Below are positions 13,701 through 26,895 of a stretch of 64,000 nt of DNA, piece by piece. The stretch is from the NCBI GenBank assembly GCA_965637545.1, contig OZ281494.1, forward strand, positions 10,602,001 to 10,666,000. The letters run 5' to 3'. The notes below the pieces were generated by a model, which was not told the DNA's origin, did not search any database, and saw nothing but the letters and a program-made list of their open reading frames with translations. Source of the DNA: Phallusia mammillata (lineage: Eukaryota). Numbering within the stretch: the first letter of the stretch is position 1; each line of letters opens with the position of its first letter. The position numbers and the translations under genes were made by a program.

Positions 13701-13709
13701 AACAAAATA

Positions 13710-14582
13710 GGGGAAAGTCGTGTAATTTGGACCCCTTAGGTTTGAACCTTCATAAAATAAACAGTAGTCCTTCAAATATAGGGCGGTTTATGCGATTCGT
13801 TAAGTTATGACGCTAAGTATTCATTTGCAAAAAGGCAATGTTTGGATATTAACGTAAAAAGAGTAAAATGCATTTAAATTTTTTTTGCGAAGTGGTCCAT
13901 TTTACACGCATAGTGTGTAATTTGGACCAAAGTCGTGTGTAAAATAGACCACTTAAAATCCATGCGACTTCTCTTCCATAAGTTCCTCAAAACGAACGTT
14001 AACAGCCTGAGATACCAACCTAATCAAGCTTTTATTACATTACCACAATGTTTCACAAAATATTTGAATTTTAATGAATGAAATAAAAAATGGGATAAAA
14101 AATTAAAATGAAAAACATCTGAAAGATAAAAAGGCCATAAATGGAATTACTAAGATAGCTGAAACGAAAGAAAACTCGCAGAACACTGCAAAACAGCACC
14201 ATGGCAAATTAAAGCAATAATTGGTAAACCACAACATAATGAATGTGAATCCTGCACTGAGCTTTATTATAAGCTACCCGGTCCAAATTACACACTTTCA
14301 CACGCAATTTTTTTACCCAATCCATTTTACTTTTGGAAAGTGTTAGCGGATTGTTCTTCGTATGCTAAATGCATTAATAATTGTACCTCACAAAAATCAT
14401 ACCCACTGAGATTTACACTAAACAGTAGTAAAGAAACGCAAAAAGTTTAGAGCTTGGCGGCCGTAAGCCTTATATCAAGTCTTCTTTCAAGCTGTATAAA
14501 AGATATTCTGCCACTTTGCGTATATTCCGACAATAAGCAAGTTCCAAATTACACGCAGGGTCCAAATTACACGACTTTCCCC
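13710..14582. mobile_element. Non-autonomous DNA transposon with 25-bp TIRs, flanked by TA
   Basis: GGGGAAAGTCGTGTAATTTGGACCC at 13710 and its exact reverse complement ending at 14582, with TA on both sides. Internal copies of the GTGTAATTTGGACC motif occur at about 13915, 14280 and 14541. No transposase ORF. Confidence 0.88.
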
Positions 14583-17005
14583 TATACCATTAATCGAAGT
14601 ATTCTGTGATCTGGAATATTCCATTAACCGGGATTTTCAATTATCTGGTCTGGAACATGCTGTCATCCAGTTTATTGAACTAGCTTAAAGTTTTATCAAC
14701 TCGACTATATGCGATAAACGGTATATTCTACAACCTGGGAATTGAGTTCTTGAGTTCCAGCAGCCTGTGCAGCACTGAGATTTTTTGTTACTTTGTCGTT
14801 GTCGAGTATTTTATTTTTGTACTGTTTATTTTTTTGACACGATTAAGGCCCAACTTGTTGCAGAAAACGCCAGTTTTCAATTCTTCGAAACCAACATGCC
14901 GCAGCACTGATGTAGTTGTACACGATGCTAGTGTAACCGAAGATACCGTTAAGCTATATTTATTTATGGCCAGGTACACCGTTACAACAGCCGGCGAAAT
15001 ACAGCGGCTCTGCTTGTTATAGCAAAGATCTCGTTAAAATAATAAGATTACGAGTCCCAAAGTGTTTTGGTGCGGTCAGTACACAACCGACAATTTTACA
15101 TTTCTTGTAACATTTGCAAAGGCGTACTTTCATGTATCTGCCTTTCTTTTGTGTCTTAATTATCGCAATAAAAAAAACATTTGCAAAGGCTATCAAGACA
15201 TTTTTATAGAACGTTAAAAGAATGTGCTTAAGTTGGCAAGAATTCAATTTGAGCGCAAAGGATGCCGAGTTGATATGTTTTAAAACAATACTGTTGAATT
15301 TCCGCAAAGAAACATGATCAGACAAAAAAGAATTATTATTTTTTAGTTTGGCGCTAGGTGGGGCTATAACGAACTTCTTTGTTTTTGTTCGAAACACAAT
15401 CTCCACAAAAGATTACTGTAAAGACAAAACCGTTGCTGCTATATAACTTTAAAAAGTGAATGGCAAATAAACTTTTTTCCGAAGAAATGTATTCCGCGTA
15501 TACATAGCGAAGAACAAGTTGTTAAACCGATAACTATGTTTGCTACGTAAAATATGTAAGCTAATTTTTAGCTTTACGCTGTTAATTTAAGCCTGTCAAG
15601 AAATGGTTTTACACGCAAATTTTCCTTGTTTTTGTAGTAGGCTTATGACGGTCTTACCAGCGAAGATTTGACTCTTCATGTCACGGTAGCACCTCTGAGT
15701 CGAGCTGACAAAAAGGGTTGGGCCGTGTCAATTGAAACGCCTGATTGGTATTGAATGGACATGTAGGATGGTTGATTGTTACCGTAGTATGCTGCGAATT
15801 GTTAATATTCGTTGTATCAGGTATATAGCCTCTTCACGAAACCCAGTACTTCGACTTTTACGTAAAGCACTGGAACGACTATGTTATTTTAGCCCGTCTT
15901 TTAAAAACATTAACCTTTTAAGGACTTGAAAAGTAAATGCCATTTCCCAATACTTGAGAAGAAACGCTGCAATGTCGTTAAGTTATGTTATTGGTTATTC
16001 ACTTGAATCCCCCGCCCTGCAGCTATACTATAGTATAGGGTATTTTCAAGGTTTGCTGCGAAAATATTGTAATTTAATAATAATACATTCGCAATAAAAA
16101 GTTTGAAGAAATATTAGAGCAACACAACCAACATTGGCAAACAAACATAAAACTTTATCCAAAACGCCAATAACAATCATCAATACAGTTCGAAGAAAAG
16201 AAAGAAAATAGCCACAGGCAAAGTACTGTACTACATTTACGTGACCTTGCATTTTAATGGTAAGAACGGTTCATTGCATACATTTCACTGCAAGAAATAA
16301 ACGGCTATAAAACTGGTCCAAATGAAACAAAACAGACCAAAGACAGAAATTAAAAACTACTTCTAAAAACAAATATCCTGTCAAAAACACAAGAAAGTTA
16401 AAAAATATCAAACAAACAGAACAGTATTAGATTTAAAAACAGTATTAGAAGAACCGACACTGCTAAATAGCGAACAATTAAAGTTCATACATAAACTATA
16501 AGCTTTTAAGTGTGCTGTCACGGTGTAATACTAATGTCTTTTGCAAGATGATTGGCGTTGGTATGTTTATGACTGTGGGTGCTATTCAATGGACGACGTC
16601 GACAAAGCAGCGTCATAGGCAAGAACTTCCGAGTCACAGGTTAAAGTCGCAATTGTGTGAAGCATTTTTGGCAAAGCAACGTGGCACAAAAGAACGACGT
16701 ATACAGTTATTTGTGTGTACCCTTATAGAAGATTTTTCGGCTTCATTCTCGCAATCAAACAAAATAGTGAAACGACGCTGAGAAAATAGGTTAAGTCCGA
16801 CCTAATACTTTCTCCTCACCGCTATGTGATCTTTAAAGCAGATTAAATTTTAGTGTTTTTTAGCCATACGCTATTGCGATCAAATTCTGTGCGGTCCACA
16901 AATCAAGCTGCAAACGTGAAAAAACACGAGATTTTTAAACACTTCATTCTTAAAACTCCACGAAATAAACAAAAACATTGTATGAGATACGTTGTTCCAT
17001 GCGGA

Positions 17006-19589
17006 TCAACGTTTTCGATTGGGCTGACGCTTTTTCGGAGGTGGAGGCCTTGATTTGGTCTCCTTACACTTTGGAATGTGTCGCTCAGCCACTTTTGGTG
17101 CGAACCTTCGTTCACAGTATTGACATTGTATGTAGTCTGGGTTAAGTGAAGGAGGCGGGGGTGGAAGATCAGTTATTTTTCCACCCTCTGCAACGTAGAC
17201 GGATATTTGTTTGGCATGACGAATTGTGTTGATAAAATCCTCGTGTTTTGATCTCCAGCTACTCTTCTGTAATGTTAAAGAAATACTTCAAGCTTTAAAT
17301 TGCAGTAAAATACCAATCTACCCTTCTGTAACCTAGACAAACAAAACTGTTCCAAGTCGCTTGGTTAATACAGTACCAGTAACATTAAAGTTCCTAATGG
17401 TACAATTAATAAAGCCTGCCATCTTTAAAATAAATTTAATGTAAACTGACACCAGCAATTTCTGTGATGGTTTTTGTACCCATAAAAAGGCATTTTCCAG
17501 ATTGCCTTGTCCTGGTTGTGAACTTTATCACTTTTTTTATGTAGCCATTTTTATTCCAGGAAGTTTTAGAACTGATACAGTTTTTTTTTTAAAGGTGTTC
17601 AAATTTCTCCAGCGGTTTCCCAAAATTTGGACTTGCAACTACAACTACAGTTTTTGGTATTTAAATGAAACACTTGCGGTCTCTTAAAACTACTTAGCGG
17701 TCACCCAAACCAAATCTTAAAAAAAACATGAACATGAACATTTTTGCATGGTAAGAATTAGAGTTGGTAATGTTACTACTATCGCCAGCAAACACTCACA
17801 GGTGCAGTTGGGACTGTTTTGGAGGATCCTCTCACAGCCGAAAAACCTTCCAATTCAGTTCCCTTCTTTCTTGCATTTGCCATGTTAAAGACTTTGCGCT
17901 TTTTGCCAGCAGTCTTTGAACATACAACTTTGTGCTGGGAGAGCCTTTCCACTTTGAATTTTCTTCCACAAATGTTACAAGGAACCAACTGAATTTCTTC
18001 ATACTCACTCACTGGTTCCTACAAAAACATTACACACATACATTTGAGCATAGCAACCAAAGAAATGCACTGTACACTATGTTTACTTAAAGTTTTTCAA
18101 AGCGACTATCCTGAAAACTATACAATCAAAGATACAGCATTATGAAACAGTTATAAAGAACCAAGCCATAAATTTTTATTGCAATTGAAACTTCTCATAT
18201 TCAAGCACTAACATAAAAGTTGTACAAATTCATAAATATTTTTTTTCCTACCGAACTTCTTTGGTCATGAATGACAAGTCTGTCAGTGCCATGGGATGTT
18301 TCTTGTGTCTGTTGCTGACCCTTCCAGTTTTGTTGGTACTTGTTTCCACTACCACTTGAAACAGGTTTGACTTGTGGTGAAAATGCATTTCGCGTTGAAG
18401 TGCGAGAGCTTGCTGTACTTCTGGTGTCACGACGCACCAAAACAGGTTTTTGGAAGCCAGCCATTACCTCACTTTGTCTTGATTCCTTGACTTTCAAGTT
18501 GTTTTGGTAAATTTTCATTTGTTCTGACATGCCCAACTGCTTGCTGTAGGTCTGGTCAAGTCTTACGTTTTCTGGTGAAGCTATGTTTTGATCACCATTT
18601 GACATTAAACCATTGCTAGTAAGACTGTCATCCATTGAGTCTGGAGTAGCTATGCGGTGCCGCAGTATTTCCAGTCTGTTGGGTTTAGGTTTTTTCTTTT
18701 TCCTTCCAGCAGTATCTCTAGTGCGATCAAGTTTTTGAAAAGCATCTGACTGGTGAAGTTTCGGTTTAAATGAAAAAGGTTCGCAATCAATTTCTGTGGT
18801 GCTAACATTTACTGGTATTGAAAATCCACTGTTATCTGAATGGTTTTGATTATATTTGTTAAGTCTCATTTGCCTTTCCATATCCTGTGCATTTTGCCAT
18901 TTCTGAAAGTCACTTAATTCTTCTTTTGAAGCTTTGGTTTCATTTTGTGGCAAACCATGCTCTTGGTGCCGCTTGTTTAATTTTTGAAGCTGCATTTGCT
19001 TTTTTGCTTGAATTCTTTTCAATGCCTTTAAGCTAGCAAGATCTGGTACTGATGAATTTGTATTTTCTTTCTCACTGATTGACACCTTTTTCATGTGATG
19101 ATCTTGCTTGGGAATGTTTTGTTCAGTTACAGTGGTAGGCTTCTTGTAAGTTTGTCTCAATGGTCTCTGAATTGTCTGTTGGATAGGTCCATGTGGTGTG
19201 TCTTCATGAAAGCTTCGTGACTTTTTGGTTTGTCTATCTATTGGTGGCAAACGTTTTGTGCGATCAGAGTTACCAGAAGATGATGAGTCACGTTGTAGAT
19301 CACTGCCTGTTCTTTGAAAGTACTGCTTAACCTGCTTGCTGCTTTTCTTTGATATTTCTCGCATTGAAGTTTCTTGTTGATTTCTGTACAGCTCTGCAAG
19401 CTTTTTTTCTTTTTCCTCCAAGAGCTTTCTTTGATAGTTTTTCTGCATTAAAAGCAAAGGAGAAGATGTGTTTTGGAATGGCTCATTCTGTTTTTGTTGT
19501 CCTTTAGGCAAACCAAAACTATTCTGTTGTTGCAGCCTCTTGTCCATTATTAACCTGTCATTAATTTTTCGGTAAGTACCTAACGCCAT
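17006..19589 (-). CDS. ZC2HC1C: Zinc finger C2HC domain-containing protein 1C-like (FAM164C-like), about 605 aa
   Basis: Exons 19589-18252 (long Q/K/S-rich, coiled-coil-like N-terminus), 18018-17800 (LVPCNICGRKFKVERLSQHKVVC...RKVFNMANARKKGTELE) and 17266-17006 (KSSWRSKHEDFINTIRHAK...NPDYIQCQYCERRFAPKVAERHIPKC...RPPPP). Both introns are phase 0 GT-AG. Two C-terminal C2HC fingers after a long N-terminus match the ZC2HC1C layout. Confidence 0.85.
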
Positions 19590-20521
19590 TAGCTACAATA
19601 TTTGTCAAAAATTTACTGATTCCCACAGTGCACATTTCAGGTCTATATAAAAGGTATATTTTAACCTGTAGAAAAAGTAGAATCAAATGTGTTTGCGGAA
19701 TGTGACAATGTTTAAGATTGACATCATAAAATGCAGTTTAACAATTTTAACCATTACTCAAGACTTAAATTTTGTGTTTAATCAATGTGCTATTGTACTT
19801 AAAGTAATTATTTCTCAAATTAAAGTATGTTATGGTTATTAAACTAACTGCGGTTTATAAAGCAGTGTTTTACTCCAATTATATTCAGCCAACAGTATAA
19901 AAAGGGTTGTGTTACTTAGCCAAGCAAACGTTACATCTATTAAAGCATTTTAAAGACCTGCAATATTTTGAATTGTTTGGTTTAACTAGCAAATTGGCAG
20001 CAACAACAATAAATTTAAATTTTCAGTTGCATGCGGTTTGCTTCTGCTTTGTTGCTAAATAGAAAAAGGTGCAAGAAAACGTTCATACAAAACAAACAAA
20101 CATACGTTGCTGTACAAAACAAACAAACACAGCTCCTTTCCTTTCAGGTGCCAACTGAAATCACAAATTGTTGGCATGTTGCTACGAAACCGTTCAAGCA
20201 TAGAAATCTCGAAACAAACAACGACAGTATTTTATTTTTTTCACCGTGGTGTAAATGAAAACTTTATTTGCATAAAATGATACAAAAACATTATAAATTA
20301 TTTAACATTTTTTTTAATTCCTGATATTTCAAGTTTTTCAGTTTATTTTTTTTTTAATATTTTGTAAAGTGTTACAATTACGCTGTATTTACATCCTCAT
20401 TAGGGTGTATAATGAGGAGTGCCATACAATATTTTCACCCAATAGGTATAAACAAATTAAATCTCCACAAAATAGTTTCGGACAATAAAAATGTTCATTA
20501 AGAAGAATCAATATTGTTAAA

Positions 20522-23500
20522 CTAAACGGGAGATGACTTTGATTGTGCTTCAGTGGCAGTGGCCAAGGTTGTTCCAAACTTCGTTGATTCGCTGTTCGTG
20601 TAGTTTGTGGACGAATCTAGGCGACCCTTCTTTGCGGAAGCAGCTGCTTTGGATTTCCTACGCAACAAATATCCATATTACAAGCAACTAGTGGCGTCAT
20701 TTACAGGGACATGCTCAAAGGCATAGCAAAGCAGCACAATACAGTTTATCAAATGATTTTCTTGCCTCTTTGACTGAAGGGGTTGCTGGTTTCTGGCATT
20801 TGCTTTGGCCATGTTCGGGTTTTCGCTTGAGTTGTTTGATTCAAATCTGCTCCTAATTCCTTTCGTTGCGTCACTAAATCCACATACAAATCAGTGTTAA
20901 TTGGTTAAATGCTTTTGTACTTTTTTTCTTATGCTTTTTTTGTGTGCATGTAACAAGCATATCTTTCCAAATGTAAAACCTTTACTTGAAAAAGTAAAAG
21001 TTCTAGTCAGTTACATTCTAATTTCATTACTTGTCCCGTTTTTACGTATTGTTGGGTTTGCAAACTGTTTTATTGTTCACGTTTGTTATGTTTTGTAAAG
21101 AGCTTTTTTGGGCGGCAAACCAAAAATGATTTAGAAGACCAGAACAAATCTATTTTTGAGCTGGAGACAGTGCACACTGTTTCGAGCTATGAGGTCTCAT
21201 TGGTGCAGCTGGTGACATGAGATCGGCCGTATAACCATATTGGCTGGTGCAGCCATCCAACGGCACTACATATTGTTGGAAGTAACAGGCTTAAAATCAG
21301 AAAGTCGACCTGGAACTGAACCCGAACCCGCGAACCAGTTTGAGAGGTTAATTTCATTAAACCCGAACCGAACCCCATATTTTGTTTGGCGTTGGACCCG
21401 AACCGGAACCAAACCAGTAAAAAATGCAGTCTGTTTTATATTTTGTGATTTTTTTTCAAAATAGCACACTGAAGGATACACGAGATAACACTTAAAAGGC
21501 GTGTCAAAAATTACAGTGCTCGGGCAAATTTTTTTGGAGTTTGATAAGACCAGCCAGATGATGGGTAGAGTTAAATTAAAACAAATAAAAAATTGAACCG
21601 GTTTAAAAACCGCAAACCGGTTCGGACTGGATAATTTGCCCAAACCGGAACAAAACTCGAAAATTTACATTTTTAAAAGCCCGAACCGAACCCGAACCCT
21701 TAAAAACAAAACCTAGTGAACCCGAACCGAACCTGAACCCATATGACAAGCGGTTCGACTCCCTGCTAAAAAGCCATGTCGAACCTATTCTGTGCGATGC
21801 CACAACTGAGCACACCGCAAACTTGCTCACAATGGCCAATCAACTGCTTGGGAACCAAAGTGATCTCGGCTCAGTGCGGTAGAACTAAATATCGTAGAAT
21901 ACCGCATGTTACCGCATGCTACGGCACGTGACTGCGTGGTATACCACATGTGAACGCATGTTATCACACGGCAGAAACTTGTAAAAGACTTATGAAACTT
22001 GTAAAGGACTTACGCCGCGCTGACGCCTGGAGTTTTTTGGGTTGGGTAAGGGTTTGTAATTAAAATAATCCTAGAATCTGATTTAACTTGCACTTGTTAG
22101 GGCTTGTATTCTCACATTTCACACACCATGCAGTATTCTAAACGGAATGCCATGCGGAAATATATATGGTATTTAGTACCATCCAAGGGACACAGTGCCA
22201 ATGTAAAAGTCTGCAGCATATCGTTTATTGGCTTGATTTGACATAAATATATTTTTGTTGTCTTACAAAACACATGCCGGACATTTTAAGGAAGGGGCTT
22301 TCCGTTAATTAACAAACGAGTCACAGTTTCTGTCCACAAATTAATTAGGCACAAAAAGGTTAACCTATTTTAGTTTCGAATACATGTCAAATAGGATCCT
22401 AATTTGGAACATACAAGGAAAACCAAAAGCCTTCAGTTGTGAGTAAAGCCACGTTTCAACAAATACTGGTGTTGTCGAATTGAATAAACAGAATAAATCG
22501 TGATGTGACACACGTTTACACGGAAATCAACAGATCGATGATGTTAATGCGGCGTACAAGAAGTGAAATATTTTTTGTTTTGTGCCAAGGTCGGGTCAGT
22601 CGAAAATGCGTGATCAGTTTCAGAAGTAGGCTATCAACAATACATGGTTTCAAGCAGGGTTAATTTCAAAACGGGTCATATGATTGTAAAAACACAGTGT
22701 TTTGAACCCGATTTCTGTGGTTCGAAACCATACATGATCAGTTTAAATTTATCTGTCGTTTGACCAACTCATACAGACAATCTGGTAGTAGACTACTTAC
22801 TTGAAACGGGTACCAAAGTTGCCGCCTAGGATGGTGTACAAATAAGGGTTACAAGCCGAACTCATGTAAGCCATTAGTGATCCAGCCACCGACAGATTTC
22901 TGCATATGTAAGCCTAAAAAATGTTGCATGACATTATTTAAATCCAACATCACTGTTTATTTACATTGTTTATGAGAACACGTGATAACCGTTCTAAAGC
23001 TTGGGTGCTGATACACAGTTATCTTTAAAGTCAATTTTGCAGATTCTGCCCTGCGTTCAGGCCTCAAATTTGGGAGAGACTTTCAAATAAACTCGTTAGC
23101 ATAAAATTGACTGGAATTATATAAATATGTTACAAAAAATTGTGGTAGGTCACCTTTTGCCTGTATTAAAAGCTGACGTTTGTTTTCAATGCAGAGTATA
23201 CACATAACGCAAGAAATTACCTTTTCTTGTGGAAGGTCGATTCCAATTATTTTTGCCAGGTGGCTGATATGAAACGGCATCCACAAAATAACGAAGCAGG
23301 TTACTAGGGCGGCACACATGATGGTCACTCTTTTACGGTTTTTCTGAGCTCTGGTTGCTGCTTTCGAATTCGCCTGACCGGGTTCAGATGAACCTGGTGT
23401 ATTGGTTTGCGACAAGCGCGCAATTATAAGTCCGTAGCAGACCATCATCACCTGATGAACCAGAGTCGTATTCAAACCAATGTTAAAATGTCATGTGAAC

Positions 23501-26500
23501 ATAACAGAAATAAACGAAAATTTGTTTTTTTCTGAGGCAAAGACGGAATATCGTTTTTTTGTGTGCATGAAAGTTTATTTTAAAATGCAACCTTAATGTG
23601 TCTCACAATTTTATCAAAAGTATATTCTGGAAAACAAAGTAACAAATTAGAACAAAAGTTTCGGTTCATACGTCAATCGCAAATGGCCTCGCGGTAAGGG
23701 GTTTGTTTATTTTTATTCCACGTTACTTAATTTCTTGAACCAATGGACTTCAACATGTGGTACCTAATTAACGTTATCCATCAAACGAATATTAACCATC
23801 AAATATTCTTTGAAATCTTACCATGATGGGAAGAACGTACATGGCCGCAAAATTAAATAACACTAGTATTTTCCATCCAATAGAAGTGTTGGCGTATGAA
23901 CATTCTGGAGGTAACATCTTTTGTGGAAAAACAACGTTTGCTTGTTGCGTTGTAGTTGTTGATGCTGCTGTTGCTATCGTTGCTACCACGTCTTGTGTTA
24001 AATTTGCTACAATTGCAACAAGTATTAATATGTGTAAGAATATGGTCAGAGTTTTTATAATATCGACCTTTGCAAGCAACTACAACGATTAAACTTCACG
24101 TAATTATTCTTTGTGGGTAACTTAAGAAAATATATGATACGTGTTGGCGTAACAGAACCAAATTGTTTTAATACTTTTAGTACAGTCTTCGTTTCAACGT
24201 CTATTTGATTCGTCGTTTCGTATTATAAGACACGAGTGGTGGCTTAATATTGCATGACAACTTTGATTTGTACCTTCATGATCCAACTGCTCGTAAAATG
24301 ATTGGTGTCCATCTAATCCGGGGAAGTTAAAAGATCCAAAATCAAAGCCTTCAAAAATATTTGTATCCAAAGTGGTGTTGCTCTGTTCAGGAGAATTTGC
24401 TGTGTTGTTTGTTATTGAATTGCTCGTATTGGGAATACCACCTTTAAGCAACTGCTCCAAGTACTTGTTCAAGGAATCACTGGGTACACTGGAAAATACG
24501 CGAGTTGTTTGAGGTACATCGTAATAGAATAACACAATGTGAAAATGCGCCGCATAAGAGTCAGAAAGAAAGAAAAGAAAAAAAGAAGGTAATCTGTCCA
24601 GTCCGCTGTAGTATGAAAGCACACGATAACGGTAGTGAGAGAGGCCGCTACAGGAGTATTAAATATGTACACCTTTATGCATTCAAAATGAATTATTTCA
24701 TCGCGTTGAATTTGGCACATCGTGGAATATAACTTACATGCAATGTTCTGTCCCGCCTTCGCTTGGCTTCAATAGTTCTTCGCAAAGTTTAAGGTTATTG
24801 CCTAAACCTTGATTAATGCAATCCTGGGTAATGTTGGTGCTTACTGGGTGTGGCGAGGGAAAAACGTAGCTGTAGGCCATATATAAAAAAACATCATCTT
24901 GTTAAATGAGCTTTATGATCACAGTACAGAACTACATAAGCCGTGTGCAACAAACCTGCAGCTGCATTGTGGAAACGTTCCAACTATTGCGCTGTACAGC
25001 ATTTCCGGGATGCACATACACAAACAGACGATCCATACACAAGTACTGACGATGATTGCAACTTTCATCTTCCGTAGACGCCGAACAACGTCAGAAAACA
25101 TATGGCACACGGCCAGGTACCGATCAATGCTCATGATCTGCGTTAGAGCACGATAGTTTATTTTCGATCTTGCCTTTGGGGTTTATTGCGTCAACTGTCA
25201 TCTTAGATTGCAAATTAAAATCGAAACTTGACGCAAGACTTGTGGTGTAACTGATTTGGGGAGGAAACCAAATGTCCATATTTGTTTAAATTAACCCGTA
25301 CTTATACAAAGTCTCCGTGGAAGAACATATATCACCAGAAAGTTAAATGAACCCTGTACAAATTCCAAAAGACACCGAAATTGGGAGTAGCCTATTTAGA
25401 GTACATTGCCTTTGAGGCAAATGTGAATTTTAAATTAAAGTTTCGTTATGAAGATGCACATATGGAAAGAGAATTGAGGTCGGACGCATTGTCAGTTACC
25501 CTAGTTTACTTCACTTGCAACCGCTTTATATTTAGTTCTGCACTAAAAAAAGCAAATAACAACCTTACCATGAGAAATGTGATGGACGCATAGTAGTTTA
25601 GAAACAAAGCGGTTTCCTTGGCCTTACACATCCATTCCGGAAAAATCCATCGCAAATTAATGTCTTCTGATACTTTAAACGGCAAAGATATAAGAAAGAG
25701 GGTATCTGCTATCGCCAGTTGCAGGACGTACCTGCCAAAAATAAAACAAAAAGGTGATGATTTAAAGCCTGTTAAATGGCTTGTTTCCATTTTGGGTGTT
25801 TTGGGTGATGTTCACACTTTACGAAGATGCGATTCAAGCACCGTGTTCCGCGTATTTGAGCATTTAACGACATAATTTAACAACTAAGGGTTGAAACAAT
25901 TAACGAAATAATTGATAAATCACAAAAAATCAGTAGGCATTTTTTTCTATAACCGACATTCGAAGCATTGGTAATGTCGGGTTTAGCCGGTAAAAAATAG
26001 TTTCAGATTTCTAAACCAACTCACCCTCTGTTTATTTACGTTTACTTACCAATGCGTGACGTCTTTTTTGAATTCACGCAGCTTAAATATGACAAAAATA
26101 ACGATAGCGTTTCCCCAAGTACCGATCGCGCAAACCACGATAGACATCACCACTTTTGCCCAGTTCACCTGTTCCACGGGTGCTGCAAAAATTGTAATTT
26201 TAATTGAGTTAAGTCGTTATCCTTTAAATATGTCCCAAATATATACCATGAGAAACTCTCAATTGTGATAATTGTTCTCCAATATTATTTTGAAAAACTA
26301 GTGTTACCTTTAATTCTAAAACAAAAGAGGGTGTTTTTTGTCATAACAAGCAACATAAAAAATGTAGTACTTTGCTAAACTCATGGTTATTGTGATACTA
26401 ACTTACTCCATTTGGGGCCTTTTACGATCTATTGAAAAAAGGTAAAACCGAAATTTTGAACCGAGATACCGTAAAAAAATTAAAAATTTTCATAATTTAC

Positions 26501-26895
26501 AACTATTTTTGTTTTTCATGTCCAAAAGTGATTAAAAACAATTAAAAAGAATGGATTTTTAAGTCTGTTAAAGAAGAAAAACGTTACAGAATGGGTGCCT
26601 TTACAAACAGGTTAGCAACAACTAAGCTAATACTTTCTCATCCTGTATTTTTGTAGTAGGGTACTTCAAAGTGAATAAAACGTAAATTTGTTACGTTTGT
26701 GAAAGACAAGAAATTTACATAGTAAGCCCTTTACAAAAAGTTTGGGAACAATTGTACTAATCCTTTCTTATCGCCCATATTTTTTGTTTTTTTCAAAAAA
26801 CACACCAATATACCTTGTAGTGGTGGAAGCACAGTACCACCGGCATTTCCATTGAGCTGATTTGTAATCTCTAAATCGAAGACGTTCAATGCCAT
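20522..26895 (-). CDS. GPCR1: class A peptide-type GPCR (somatostatin/opioid/galanin/MCH-receptor-like) with a very long ECL2, about 559 aa
   Basis: Exons 26895-26814, 26182-26050, 25731-25569, 25137-24956, 24869-24738, 24488-24274, 24006-23822, 23451-23221, 22913-22801, 20873-20766, 20657-20522; 1680 nt, in frame. Motifs: TM1 GTWGNAIV, TM2 LQLAIADTLFLISLPF, ECL1 WIFPEWMCK, TM3 MSIDRYLAV, TM4 CVWIVCLCMCIP, TM5 FAAMYVLP..CYGLII, TM6 RKRVT..CFVILWMPFH, TM7 SSACNPYLY. The last intron is GC-AG. Confidence 0.88.
21298..21765. mobile_element. Degenerate MITE rich in (CC)GAACCCGAACC motifs in a GPCR1 intron
   Basis: Imperfect ends CAGAAAGTCGACC / GGTTCGACTCCCTG, with GAACCCGAACC clusters near both termini. 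The TSD is not exact. Confidence 0.6.

Noticed and set aside
18248-18430. Alternative-frame 60-aa ORF inside ZC2HC1C exon 1
   Set aside because: The main frame is continuous and splices in phase at 18252; a short overlapping ORF is expected by chance.
21187-21270. Alternative GPCR1 terminal exon (…AVGWLHQPIWLYGRSHVTSCTNETS-stop)
   Set aside because: It is phase-compatible but has a weak acceptor; the 20873 exon gives a more typical helix-8 and tail. It cannot be excluded as a minor isoform.
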